Origin: Caecitellus pseudoparvulus
Taxonomy: Eukaryota > Protista > Bigyra: Bicosoecida
Reading direction: 5' to 3'
Length of the DNA: 64,000 bases
NCBI GenBank assembly: GCA_965644315.1
Contig: CBFFRQ010000018.1
Location: 372,001 to 436,000 of the forward strand
Positions 45,501 to 55,388 of this stretch are shown here, one piece after another. The translations under genes and the position numbers were made by a program. The notes beneath the pieces were generated by a model that saw only the letters and a program-made list of their open reading frames with translations, was not told where the DNA came from and did not search any database. The stretch's first letter is position 1. Each line of letters starts with the position of its first letter.

Positions 45501-48500
45501 TGCAGCCTCAATCGGTGATAGCCCGGGGGACATGCCCACCAATTTCGTGGGACTGTCCAGCAGCGCGGTGAAGCTCGATGTTGGCTTTTACCACGCTTGT
45601 GCCCTTCTGGACGACGGGCGCGTGCAATGCTGGGGCCGCAACTCGAATGGGCAGCTGGGCCTGGGACACACAAACCACGTAGGCGATGACGAGACCGTGG
45701 ACTCGGCCGGTACAGCAGTGCTGCACAGCGCTGCCCTGGACATTTCTGTTCACGACGCCCAGTCTTGTGCAGTGCTCCTGCGCGGAGCGGTGTTTTGCTG
45801 GGGCGAAGGAGGCTTCGGGCGCCTCGGGCAGGGCAACCAAGACGACATCGGTGATGACGAGCTCCCCACCGCGTACCCCGCAGTGCCACCTGTCCCTCGT
45901 GATATGGTGTTGCCGTTTTCTCCCGTGGTCTACGAGTCCTTGGCTGAGCCGGCGTGCCCAGGCAGCGCGCTGCAAATCCTCAATCCCCGCCTCTTCTACA
46001 TCCCATCGGCCGTCGACACTGCTGGCTACCTCACAGTGCCGCCTTGGTGGGCTACCCTTGTGAAGCTCGCTGCTGGCATGGATGCCCCCTCTCTGCCATT
46101 CAAGACCTCGCTTGTATGCAGCCAGTCTGAAGGCGACCTTTTGGAACTGTCCACCGCGAACCGCATCGCTCGTTCTGGCGGGCGTGAGGAGCGAGTCATG
46201 TGCACTTGGCCCGCGACATGGGCGGCCGAGGCAAAAGTCCGCATCACAAGCCTTACAGAGCGTGACGGTGTGAGCCCCATCACTGCCTCAGCACTTGGAG
46301 GGGATGTCCTCATGCTGCACGGCACGCTGTGGCCGTTCCCGCTTGTGGCGTCCATCCCAGCCCCTTCAGTCTTGGTGGGGGGCAGGCCGTGCACCGGTGT
46401 GTCCCTGTCAAGTATCACAGCACTGACTTGCATCGTCCCTGCCCTGCCAGTCACCGTCAATGGCAGTGCAGTGCCTGTGCAGCTCAACCACACTGTTGAT
46501 GGGGTTCCGACTGTTTACACAGCAGAGGTTGCGCTTCGGTATGCCCTACCTCGAGTCTTCGCGGTGAGTGTGCCGATAGGGCTGCCTATCGCCGGGGCAC
46601 GGCTTCAGATAATTGGCCAGGAGCTGGGTGGTGTTGCAACCGAGGCTGACACGCCCTTGCTCTCCACTTCAGCGGTTGATGTGGCAATTATGGATGCAAT
46701 GACGGGCGGGACTCAAGTCGGGACGTGCACCGTCGTCGATTTCTGGTTTGCTGGCATTCTCTGCGACATGCCTGCTGGCACAGGAGTGGTGTACCTTCAA
46801 GTTTCCATCGCTGGCCAAGCTGCCTCGTCGCGCATGAGAGTCCAGTACGCCTTGCCCACTCTTCAGGCCGTTTTCCCGCCGTTCGCCCTGACTGCTGATG
46901 CCGGGCCTCAGTCCCTGTCCTTCCTCTTGCAAGGCTTGTCGCTGGGTCTGCCCACATCTACTATCACTGTTTCCATCGGATCCACGGCGTGCACCTCAGT
47001 GAACCGACTGAATGAGTCCCACGTCCAGTGCTCAGCCATTGACGGCACCGCCTTGCGTGGGGCCACGCAGGCATCTGTGACTATCAGTGTGGATGGGGCA
47101 ACGGCTGTTCTTCAAGATGCGGTGAGGGTGTATGGGGCCATGTCCTTGAACCCTTTGGCGTCTCAGCGCATCCCCCGCGACGGGGGCCCGCTGGTGCTTT
47201 CGGGCCTTGCCTTTGGCCGCTTCCCACAGTCTGACCCAAGCGTCGGACCATCAGGAGATATCCTGGGAGTGCAGCTTGGTGTCGGGCAGAACATCTCCTG
47301 CACAAGCATTCAGGTGGTAGGCGATAGCTTGACTTGCACAGTCCCACCTGGCTACGGGGGCTTGTCTCCCATCTCCGTCCAGCGCGCGGGGGGCGCGGTC
47401 GCCTCCATCACCGCAGACCTTGCGTTCGCTCGGGCGACCATCGGAAGCGTCTCCCCTGATGAGTTCCTCCACACCCCCATGGGCCAGGGATCCAGTATTA
47501 CTGTGGTGGTCACAGGCACAGGTTTCGCGATATCTGGCGTGGCTCAAAGCACAGGGGCGCTGGTGGGCACTCTTGCGGGAGCCCCCTGTCAAGGCGGCGT
47601 GCGCAATCTCAGCCCGACAAGTTTTGAGTGCGAGGTGCGGGCTGATGCCATGCAGCCATCGTCTGGAAGCTTAAGCGATGTGGCTTTTACGCTCTTTGGG
47701 GCGCCGGTGACAGTTCAGGAGGGCGCTGGAATCGCAGTGTCTGACAGAGTTGTCGTGTCAGCCTTGCAACCTTCCATTGTGGCAGCTCCCGGAGGCGAGC
47801 GTGTTGAAGTGTTGGGCAGCAACTTTGGCCTCGGACGTGCAAGCGACATCGCCAACGTAACATTCGGTGCTGGACTTTGCATGGCAGTCACAGTGAACTC
47901 ACGAAACAGCCTCACTTGCACAGCACCGTCAGCGCAGGCGGCTGGGCTGGGAAGCGGGGAAACGCTAGCAGACGTGACAGTTACCACAGTAACGGGCGAC
48001 CGCAGCACCTTCGTCTCCGGCGTTTCGTATGCTCGTCCGGAAATCCTCTCTGTGCAGGGCGGTGTCCTTCTTTCTCATCCACCCACTTCCACGGCTCGGG
48101 CGACTGTACGAGTGGGTGGTGTGAACCTCGTGGACGGGGATGGGACGTCGGCCCAGCTCTCCATCGCAGGGGTGTCTTGTCAGGCGTTGGGAGGGAGCGT
48201 CTCCTTTTCACCGCTGGGACGCTCAGCAACTTGCGCCGACCTGCGACTTGCAGCGCTGCCATCCCCTCCCTTGGGAAGCTCCGTTCTCAGTAACGTTACT
48301 ATTGTTACAACTCTGCTACAGGTGGCTGTGTCGAATGAGGGCTCTGTGCAGCTCATCGGCGGGCCGCTCATCAGCCGCTTGACACCCACACGCATCGCCG
48401 CTGGAGGGGAGGCGACTTTGGCTGGCTCCAATATGGGATCGAGTGCAGATGACATCACCAGCCTTTCAGTTGGTGGGCAAGTGCTCCCTCGAACAGACTG

Positions 48501-51500
48501 GGAGTGGAGCAGCTCTTCCTCAATTACCATCCTCAACATGCCACCCTCTGTGGGTGATGCAGTAGTCGATGTGCCCATTTCTATCACAACCTCTGCCGGA
48601 TTCAACGCCACCACGAGCGCTGGTTCAGGCGCCACATACATCATCCCAATCGTGGCTCCCTCCAATGTGCCCGCGCACGTGTGCGGGTACCGCGTGGGGA
48701 GTCAGGCCCGAGTGGTTTGGGTGTGGCGTGATGATCGGACAACTCTGTCGAACCCTGTCGCACAGTGGTGGCTGGACATTTCGCAGTCTCCATTCTTCAG
48801 CGACCCGACCGACTCGACCTTGCTCGTCATTCCCGCAGAGAGCGGCGAAACGTCGGCAGACCACATCCAATCGTTGCCTCCATCTTGCCGGCGTCTGTAC
48901 GACACACCCGCCATGGCCGCTCTGCTGCGCGCGCCTGAGGTTTACTTGGTAGATGTTCGCGTCTCAGACGCACCCATTCAGCCTTTTTGGGTGAAAGCGC
49001 GAGCTGTCACCCAAGACTCGGCGCGACGGGTGTTTGCTGGCAACTCCAGCAGCGTCATCGGCCCAATTTTCGAACAGTGCTTCCCAGGTGAGTACCTTGC
49101 GACTCAGTTTGTCCGGGGTGCAGCGAAAGACTGGTCGCGGGTGATTTGTGAAGAGTGCCCTGAGGGCGCCGAGTGCAATGGTCGCCCGTGGGAGGGCATT
49201 CGCAACCAACCAGGCTTCTACGCAGCAGAGTGGGACTCTCTTCGCCTCACATACCTCCCATGCGAGTTGGACGGCGTCTGCCCACAGACGCCCCTTCGGC
49301 GGGTGACGCTGAATGACACGACTTACCTGCTGCGGGACGGCCAGCTAGCATCATCAGCCGAAGCAACTGTGCCTGACGCTGTCTTCGACTTGATCCTTGA
49401 GTCGGAGAACAGCTCTGTCACTCTGAGCAGCACAGTGCAGCAGTGCCGCGAAGGTCACACCGGCGCGCTTTGCGCGTCTTGCGTGGATGGCTTTGCAGAC
49501 CAAGGCGACGGGCAGTGTGCCCCCTGCGCAGACGACACGACGATTTACGGCGCTATCTTGGGCGGCACCCTCGTGGCTGCGATTGTCATTGCCTACCTTA
49601 TCTACTCCACCATCGCAGCAGCTGGTGAGCCGACGGCAACGTATGTTGCTCTGAACAAGATCTTGCTTACCCACATGCAGCAAGTGGCCCTGGCAGCGGC
49701 CTTCCCCTTGCAGTGGCCGGGCTTCCTGATGGGCATGTTTACAGTCTTTGAGGCCACGTCAAGTGTCAGCGAATCACTGATCAGTGTCGAGTGCCTTCGC
49801 CTGGACAGTGTCAGCCAAGCACGGGGGACAGCCGTCACGACACTCCTTATTCCCCTTGTTGCACTAGTGATTCTGCTCTTGTACTGGTATGCTGTGTACC
49901 CTTGCATTCTCTACTGCCGCGGCAAGCGTGTGAGCACGCGCATTGATGGTGGCTACACTCCTCGTGCAGGGGATCCTGAACCTGCCGCCACAACTGCCGT
50001 AGTTGCAGTTGCAGTGACGTCTGCCGAGGATCTGCCGGAGGAGCAGACACATGTCGCCAAGGTCGAATCAACCAGCAGCGACCCGGAGTACATTGTCTCC
50101 TCTACCGAGGGACTGATTGTGTCCGTGATCATCGTGCTCTTCCTGTTGCACCTGGGACTTGCAGAGGCCAGTCTGAGCCTCATGACGTGCGTGCGTGTGG
50201 ACACCAAGTTGCTCCTGGCAGGGGACTTGAGCATTGACTGCGGAGACGCTTCAAACCAAAGCTGGATGTATGGCATCGGTCTACCAGCTTTTATCTTCTA
50301 CGGACTGGGCATTCCCGTTGCTTCAGCGGTGCTTCTGTATCGCAACAGGCACATGCTCTTCACCAAGCGAGGCCGAGCAGTGTATGGCTTCCTGTTTGGG
50401 TCTCTGGAGGAGAAGTACTACGCTTGGGAGTCTGTGGTGCAGGCACGAAAGGTGGTCTTGACGGTCATCGCGACGGTGCTGGCACCCCTTGGCTTGGGGC
50501 TTCGCATCACTGTGTCCATGTTCCTGATGGCGACTGCCATGGCGATACACCTTGTCACCATGCCCTATGAAGATGAATTCTTGGATTATGCTGAGGCAGT
50601 TTCAAGCCTTATCACTTTGATCACCCTGGCCGCAGGCAGCACCTTGGTGGATGACACGGTGCAGCGCCCGGCCAAGATTGCAATCAGCATTGTGGTGGTG
50701 CTGGCCAACGCTATCTTCATGATTGCTGGCATTTCAACTCTCGTCTTTACTGCCCTGCGTGATCCCCTGATCCAGGAAACCCTCGAAATGGCCCACCTTC
50801 CTATCCACAAGTGGCTGCGCATCAAGCCTGCCGTTGTACCTGGCAGCATCGGAGCGGTCGAATGGGAGGGGGACTCGGACGATGACGGCCAAGCCACTGC
50901 AGAGTCTGAGCAAGCCACCAGCACTGTGCCTTCAACCTTGGTTGCTGTAACACCTTCTGCTGCTGAGGATGCTGCAGGTGAGGAGGAGGAGGAAGATGAA
51001 GCTCATGAGCAGAAGGATTCGCCAACATCCAAGCCAAACCCGCCTGCAGCTGCAGCAACCGCATTTGGTCGAAGGACAGCCTACATAAAGCCTGCCGCGA
51101 AGCCAAAGGCCCCCAGCGGAGCTAGCAACAGTGCGGGGACAAAAAACGACGGCGGGAAATCAGACAGTGATGACGAAGCAGTTGGCTCGGGCACCGGCAG
51201 AGCACCCGCTGCCAAGGACGACGATGGCGGGGGCGGCTGGGGTGCCAGCACCGCGTATGCTGCCGAGGACGACGATGGCGGGGGCAGCACGGGTACCGGC
51301 AGTGCACCCGCTGCCAAGGACGACGATGGCGGGGGCGGCTGGGGTGCCAGCACCGCGTACGCTGCCGAGGACGACGATGGCGGGGGCAGCATGGGTACCG
51401 GCAGTGCACCCGCTGCCAAGGACGACGATGGCGGGGGCGGCTGGGGTGCCAGCACCGCGTACGCTGCCGAGGACGATGATGGCGGGGGCAGCACGGGTAC

Positions 51501-51615
51501 CGGCAGTGCACCCGCTGCCAAGGACGACGATGGCGGGGGCGGCTGGGGTGCCAGCACCGCGTACGCTGCCGAGGACGATGATGACGAAGCAGGTGGCTGG
51601 GGCGCCACGTACTGA
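42550..51615 (+). CDS. Giant intronless cell-surface protein (3021 aa): signal peptide, 14 RCC1-like repeats, IPT/TIG-like domains, Cys-rich segment, multi-pass TM domain, acidic repeat tail
   Basis: 14 C[W/F]G...G[R/Q]LG.G...[I/V]GDDE-type blocks in two groups of 7. Several IPT-like ..P..G..L.I.G..LG...C...C..P units, CEECPEGA.C and CREGHTGALCASC, then TM helices with YGFLF...YYAWE.V...RK. Confidence 0.85.
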   Translation: MIYSPMMQRVAFLGVWVLLTCAASGASGTASMDDLEGFEWLSYTSPPSGVSLDIDPNPALGSTQPSAIGIELDTVSIATQGQYVRWDTDLSYSGTLPPVGEEEYAVAWGLGAEADVDAPTLSRSRLVGSNSTTSRPPSHATSGVLTACSTGSGACDDAMNLYVGWSVTWGPALPEPQAAVEVWAWRQHRWEDVTTLAACTAVVVGHVSNTTLHGVQTPSSAPEVMGASASVVTHCRMGPLFAGTRDLAMSTGDMVVHIDAFAVGVPAASSRSVEALPTAAVLSMPQHDLVSTAGQFADISTGRSHTCALLLTGQVRCWGFGTLGRLGLGNEENVGDDEEASAAPFVQLPGGLRAVSIHAGVETTCAVLEDGTASCWGLQDEGQLGLGLGPTLLNIGNDEFPSSQDPIALNGSVVSMAPGDKHTCALLVGGDVQCWGAADKGQTGYASVTQTGQTETPAASGNGFVELPSKVVQLVAGDCHTCVLLDTGAVHCWGCADDGQLGRGDTEDIGDDETPNALPITLPEADPVSIAAHSLHTCASFASGNAYCWGSNSDGQLGLGSTDDYGDDSGETVDNLSPIPLAGRVVDVYVGRYSSCARLESMRMQCWGLNFDGQLGLGHSESVGDDETPNTLPGGVSPLAEYAVLAAAGGWHVCAVEREGKLRCWGRGTLGRLGYGTLDSIGNDETFVRAVSAELPASEAPRQATPQCLLQSDETASFVLSIHAGLSSTCVLLSGNRLRCWGLGSAGRLGIGSATDVGASGSPFVGPYSGTEGRTIQSVDSYFGTCAVLDGEVFCWGRGNFGGNGYGNLQDVGDDEPILSVGAVSLASPAKTAVKVSRGDGHSCAVFSDNTARCWGRGLSGRLGTGATDNVGDDEIPSDVLSDIGVGAGVTDISAFTSHTCVTTTSNTARCFGFGSFGRLGYENTDNVGDGGTTITGAGDIAIQGSASVAVVKAGFQFSCALTTGGSVQCWGRNEYGQLGLNSGAASIGDSPGDMPTNFVGLSSSAVKLDVGFYHACALLDDGRVQCWGRNSNGQLGLGHTNHVGDDETVDSAGTAVLHSAALDISVHDAQSCAVLLRGAVFCWGEGGFGRLGQGNQDDIGDDELPTAYPAVPPVPRDMVLPFSPVVYESLAEPACPGSALQILNPRLFYIPSAVDTAGYLTVPPWWATLVKLAAGMDAPSLPFKTSLVCSQSEGDLLELSTANRIARSGGREERVMCTWPATWAAEAKVRITSLTERDGVSPITASALGGDVLMLHGTLWPFPLVASIPAPSVLVGGRPCTGVSLSSITALTCIVPALPVTVNGSAVPVQLNHTVDGVPTVYTAEVALRYALPRVFAVSVPIGLPIAGARLQIIGQELGGVATEADTPLLSTSAVDVAIMDAMTGGTQVGTCTVVDFWFAGILCDMPAGTGVVYLQVSIAGQAASSRMRVQYALPTLQAVFPPFALTADAGPQSLSFLLQGLSLGLPTSTITVSIGSTACTSVNRLNESHVQCSAIDGTALRGATQASVTISVDGATAVLQDAVRVYGAMSLNPLASQRIPRDGGPLVLSGLAFGRFPQSDPSVGPSGDILGVQLGVGQNISCTSIQVVGDSLTCTVPPGYGGLSPISVQRAGGAVASITADLAFARATIGSVSPDEFLHTPMGQGSSITVVVTGTGFAISGVAQSTGALVGTLAGAPCQGGVRNLSPTSFECEVRADAMQPSSGSLSDVAFTLFGAPVTVQEGAGIAVSDRVVVSALQPSIVAAPGGERVEVLGSNFGLGRASDIANVTFGAGLCMAVTVNSRNSLTCTAPSAQAAGLGSGETLADVTVTTVTGDRSTFVSGVSYARPEILSVQGGVLLSHPPTSTARATVRVGGVNLVDGDGTSAQLSIAGVSCQALGGSVSFSPLGRSATCADLRLAALPSPPLGSSVLSNVTIVTTLLQVAVSNEGSVQLIGGPLISRLTPTRIAAGGEATLAGSNMGSSADDITSLSVGGQVLPRTDWEWSSSSSITILNMPPSVGDAVVDVPISITTSAGFNATTSAGSGATYIIPIVAPSNVPAHVCGYRVGSQARVVWVWRDDRTTLSNPVAQWWLDISQSPFFSDPTDSTLLVIPAESGETSADHIQSLPPSCRRLYDTPAMAALLRAPEVYLVDVRVSDAPIQPFWVKARAVTQDSARRVFAGNSSSVIGPIFEQCFPGEYLATQFVRGAAKDWSRVICEECPEGAECNGRPWEGIRNQPGFYAAEWDSLRLTYLPCELDGVCPQTPLRRVTLNDTTYLLRDGQLASSAEATVPDAVFDLILESENSSVTLSSTVQQCREGHTGALCASCVDGFADQGDGQCAPCADDTTIYGAILGGTLVAAIVIAYLIYSTIAAAGEPTATYVALNKILLTHMQQVALAAAFPLQWPGFLMGMFTVFEATSSVSESLISVECLRLDSVSQARGTAVTTLLIPLVALVILLLYWYAVYPCILYCRGKRVSTRIDGGYTPRAGDPEPAATTAVVAVAVTSAEDLPEEQTHVAKVESTSSDPEYIVSSTEGLIVSVIIVLFLLHLGLAEASLSLMTCVRVDTKLLLAGDLSIDCGDASNQSWMYGIGLPAFIFYGLGIPVASAVLLYRNRHMLFTKRGRAVYGFLFGSLEEKYYAWESVVQARKVVLTVIATVLAPLGLGLRITVSMFLMATAMAIHLVTMPYEDEFLDYAEAVSSLITLITLAAGSTLVDDTVQRPAKIAISIVVVLANAIFMIAGISTLVFTALRDPLIQETLEMAHLPIHKWLRIKPAVVPGSIGAVEWEGDSDDDGQATAESEQATSTVPSTLVAVTPSAAEDAAGEEEEEDEAHEQKDSPTSKPNPPAAAATAFGRRTAYIKPAAKPKAPSGASNSAGTKNDGGKSDSDDEAVGSGTGRAPAAKDDDGGGGWGASTAYAAEDDDGGGSTGTGSAPAAKDDDGGGGWGASTAYAAEDDDGGGSMGTGSAPAAKDDDGGGGWGASTAYAAEDDDGGGSTGTGSAPAAKDDDGGGGWGASTAYAAEDDDDEAGGWGATY
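51190..51585 (+). repeat. Coding tandem repeat, 102-bp unit x about 3.9 with internal 51-bp subrepeat
   Basis: Units start at 51190, 51292, 51394, 51496 and encode GTGSAPAAKDDDGGGGW-GASTAYAAEDDDGGGS[T/M]. Confidence 0.95.
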
Positions 51616-51796
51616 CGCACGGGCAGAGCCACACCGGCCCTTTATGGCTCCTGATCCTGGATGACGGGTCATACGTGGGACTGTTGGACTGGGCGGCCTG
51701 GGGACAAGCACTTTGCTTCACAACCCTGTCGTATGCAATGCACGACCACGCGGCCAGCTGTGTTGCCACCTCTCACAATGAGATCATGCCCAGCGC

Positions 51797-52996
51797 CTAT
51801 GGTGGGGCCACCTCAACAGCCACGGCCCCTGGAACCGAGGGAGCTTCGATCGCTGGCTCGGAAGCTGGCAGAACTGACCGAACCTGCATGAGTGTGGTGA
51901 CGGCGGAGCGGCACACAGGGCAGGTGAAACGCCGGCGGGCTCGTAGCTCCTGTGCGCACCCGTCGCACACACACACGTGCCGACAAGGGAGCATGATCGT
52001 ATTGCGAGCTTCTGTCAAGCAAATTAGGCAGAGGGTACCTTCTGAAGCGGCGGCCAGGCCTGTGTCCGGCTCCTGTGCTGTCGGCGAAGCCTGGCTGAGT
52101 TGCGAGTCTTCCAGCCCGAAAATTTCCTGCACTGAGAAAGCCTGTCCTTCAAGGTGCAGGACTTGCTCCTCCACAGTTGCTCGAGGGGGGGCTGCATCTC
52201 GTGCGGCTGAGCTGGAGGGAGAATGAGGCGCGCTGTGGAACGCAAGGCTTGTGAGTTGCACTTGCAGGGGTGAGCCCAGCGCAGGGGCATTGGCCAAGTG
52301 CTCAAGCACATCCTTTGAAAGGCGTTGAAAACCCACAATGCAGCGGAGTGAGGCGGCTTCGCTGCTTTGCACGGCATGCACTGGCCCAGATGTTTCGTCG
52401 TCCCATCGTAGGCCGGAGCCGCTCTCGAGGACAAGGAGGGCATCCTCATGGCGCAGCGAGAACTTGCCGCCTTCCAGATCCACAGGTGGATGCTGGCAGT
52501 CACCCATAGGGGGGCTGCACCACTCTCCAACAGAGGCATCGAAAGTCGATGCATGCTGGAGCGCTAGGGCGATGCCCTCAGGGGTAACGTGCTGCCCTAG
52601 CCCGGCTGGAAGCAGCACCGAAGGACATGCCCGGTGGAAAGACAACGAGACGGTGGTGTTAGCCAGCGTCAAAAGCTTGCGTTGCACCCCAAAGAGGAGC
52701 GTTGCCCGCGCAGGCTCGGATGTATCAGCGATAAAGCTCAGCGTGTACAGGGGTCCAGGCGGTGCAGATGCACCTGGCTCGGCAGCGCTTCGGCTTGTTG
52801 TGTCCTCCACTGGGACCCAGGCAAGGCCAGCCCTCCGGACATTGCCAGAGCTTTTTATTGTGAGGGTCTCTTCCCAGCTGGGGGGTCGGGCAATGTTCGC
52901 CTGCAAAGGTGGAGAGGCCGGGCGCTCCAGTGAGGCCATAGCCAAGGAGAGACAGCCCTGAGCCACGCACAACGCCACTTCCTGCAGCGCCCCCAT
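51797..52996 (-). CDS. MGRN1/RNF157/LOG2-like RING E3 ubiquitin ligase
   Basis: N-terminal MG, EQVLHLEGQAFSVQEIFGLE, and RING CLICLTEARNTIMLPCRHVCVCDGC...CPVCR. Confidence 0.85.
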   Translation of the reverse strand: MGALQEVALCVAQGCLSLAMASLERPASPPLQANIARPPSWEETLTIKSSGNVRRAGLAWVPVEDTTSRSAAEPGASAPPGPLYTLSFIADTSEPARATLLFGVQRKLLTLANTTVSLSFHRACPSVLLPAGLGQHVTPEGIALALQHASTFDASVGEWCSPPMGDCQHPPVDLEGGKFSLRHEDALLVLESGSGLRWDDETSGPVHAVQSSEAASLRCIVGFQRLSKDVLEHLANAPALGSPLQVQLTSLAFHSAPHSPSSSAARDAAPPRATVEEQVLHLEGQAFSVQEIFGLEDSQLSQASPTAQEPDTGLAAASEGTLCLICLTEARNTIMLPCRHVCVCDGCAQELRARRRFTCPVCRSAVTTLMQVRSVLPASEPAIEAPSVPGAVAVEVAPP

Positions 52997-53509
52997 CTTC
53001 TATGCCTGACAGGAAGACCTCGCTTATCATCTCAGCAGTCAAGTGCTGGTTTCTAACGGTGAGGCCGGTCGAGAAGGCGCTTGGGCCAAAGACACCTGAA
53101 CAGGCACAGTGTGCACAAGTCAGGCGTGGCGTTGCTGCACTGCCACTGGCCGTGCGAGAAGGACTTACTCTGCTCGTGGGCTGCTGCCTCATCACCAGTG
53201 TCCACCTGCTGTCGCGCTTGGGCAGCTCCCATGGCCGATCACTTCTCGATGGCTCGAAGGCCTTGCTCGCTCTTCAGCCGACGCGGCGTGGGGCAAGGCA
53301 CACTCCCTGAGCCTGCGTGGGCACCTGTGGGGCACTCGCACGCAACGGAAAAATCGCACAGCACTGCGCTGAATGTGTGTCAATCACCTTGCGAGCATTC
53401 AGTTTTGTAGTTGGCGTCCGAAGGCCCGCCGCCCTGCTCTTTGCCACTGTGAGCTGAAGTCTGCACTGGTCGGCTTCCCTGCGGTATTTGGACTCTTCAC
53501 GCAAGCCAC

Positions 53510-55351
53510 ATGGCAGGAGTCGAGCTGCCTGTGGTTGGGGCACGCGCACCCCAAGCACCAGAGCACATGCCTCCAGTATCTCCCACACCAGTGCCTTCTT
53601 CTAGCCCCACCAAGGTGGCTGCTGTGGCATGTCCGCCTCCCATCAGGCTGAAAGACTCAAGCATGGCCCAACACCTGATGCATGCATACATTGGCTCAGT
53701 AAAAGCCAAAAGCAAGTTTCGTGCGCATGCCGCTGACCGGCTGATGTCCTTCTTAGGGGGGCTGCGAGGCATGGAGCTCTTTACAGCCAAACATGCTGCC
53801 GAGTGTGCGGTGCACTTCTCCTCCGCCGAGTGGACCAAGACTTCACTTCTGACCATGGCGCAGAAGCACGCCAGCGAAGCGGCCGTAGCCGCCCTGCAAC
53901 ACAACCAACGGGAGCAGTTCCTTGCCTTGACACCTGCCCAGCGCGCGCGCATCGCCTCTGTTGCCTTGCTCTTTGACGTGGACGATACTCTGGCGCCGCT
54001 GCTCCAGGACACGTCCTTCCCCGGCAGCATCCCGGCGTACCCGGGCTTGCGGCCATTCGTGCACCGCCTCATTGATCGCTGTGCAGCCTCAGGGCATGTA
54101 TTAAGAGTTGGCTGCCTCACTGCGAGGCCTGGTTGGATGCGGTGGATGGCCGCAGCAGCGCTGCGCAATGCGCTACACCTGCCAGAGGTGACTTCCAAAC
54201 CTGGCTCTGCGGCTGCCGCAGCAGTTGCCCATGCTCATTCCGGTCACGCAGGAGGGATGTCCCCCGTTTTTCATGCAGTGTCGGCTTCTGCATCTCCCGC
54301 TCCTCAGATGCTGTCCCCTGAAACTCGGTTTTCTGGCCTCGGAACGTGCGACGTGCTCACCGGGCACCTCAGTGACTCCTTGCGCTTGCGAAGTGCAAGC
54401 CGGAACACCGCCATCGCCGCCACGAAGAGTTCAAACTTTGAGGAGTTCGCGAGGCTGCATCCTGAGTGCGTCGTTGTGTTCTGCGGCGATTCGGGGCAGG
54501 GTGACGCCATCACGGCGCAGGGCATGCAGGTCTCGGCGCACACACTTGTGCGCCAGGATGGTCCATCTGCTCAAGCGAGCCCTGATGCCAATTGGTTGTG
54601 CTACAGCGTGTGTGGTGTCATTCACGACATTGTCCCGTTGACAGGGTCGGGCCACTCGCCAAAAACAAGCGCCCTGGAGCGTGCCACTCTGCGTGCCAAA
54701 GGGGTGCACGTGTTCGATTCATACGTCGAGGTCGCGGGGGTCGTCGGAGTTACTTTGAGGCAGCTGCTGCAGCCGTTGCACTCGGCAACAGGCCCTGTTT
54801 GGAGCTCGGATGACACTGATGCAGTGGCCTTTGCGACCAGGCGAGACATGTGGCTAGAGGATGAAGTTGGCGGTGGACCGGGCGCGGCTGCGGAAGAACC
54901 GCCGCGACTGCAGGCACAGCGCAGCGTGAGCGACGACGCCCTGGTCAGCGGGGAAGGAGCTGTGATGTCAACCACGGCGAAAGCTTTCGCAGGCATGCCA
55001 CAGGAGGCACCTGCGGCTGACGCTGGCTCGCAGGCTGGTGCGACTGAAGCAGCTGCTGGCCAAGTCACGCCGCCTCATGTGGCATTGCACCATGCCACAG
55101 CAGACCCTTCTGCATGGTCTCAAGCGTACACCCCCATCCCCCACTTCAAGTTCTCATCAACGAAGCAGCGCCAGCTGCGAGCAAGGGAGCTGGAGGAAGC
55201 TGAGATGATCTGGTGTTCATGGGGAGGCGGAGGTGCGCACTGCGAGGAGACTGCTGCGTGTCACACGCTGCCTGTTCCGCCCAGTGAAGGACCAGGCGTA
55301 TCTGCAGAGGCATCCACGCCTCGTAGCTCACAAGCGGACAGACAAGGCTGA
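53510..55351 (+). CDS. HAD-family phosphatase, APP1/DUF2183-like phosphatidate phosphatase candidate
   Basis: LFDVDDTL, YPG, LTARP, conserved K, VVFCGDSGQGD. Confidence 0.7.
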   Translation: MAGVELPVVGARAPQAPEHMPPVSPTPVPSSSPTKVAAVACPPPIRLKDSSMAQHLMHAYIGSVKAKSKFRAHAADRLMSFLGGLRGMELFTAKHAAECAVHFSSAEWTKTSLLTMAQKHASEAAVAALQHNQREQFLALTPAQRARIASVALLFDVDDTLAPLLQDTSFPGSIPAYPGLRPFVHRLIDRCAASGHVLRVGCLTARPGWMRWMAAAALRNALHLPEVTSKPGSAAAAAVAHAHSGHAGGMSPVFHAVSASASPAPQMLSPETRFSGLGTCDVLTGHLSDSLRLRSASRNTAIAATKSSNFEEFARLHPECVVVFCGDSGQGDAITAQGMQVSAHTLVRQDGPSAQASPDANWLCYSVCGVIHDIVPLTGSGHSPKTSALERATLRAKGVHVFDSYVEVAGVVGVTLRQLLQPLHSATGPVWSSDDTDAVAFATRRDMWLEDEVGGGPGAAAEEPPRLQAQRSVSDDALVSGEGAVMSTTAKAFAGMPQEAPAADAGSQAGATEAAAGQVTPPHVALHHATADPSAWSQAYTPIPHFKFSSTKQRQLRARELEEAEMIWCSWGGGGAHCEETAACHTLPVPPSEGPGVSAEASTPRSSQADRQG

Positions 55352-55388
55352 GGGTGCATTGGGCATGCCCGGATTGAAGCGAAGTGCA

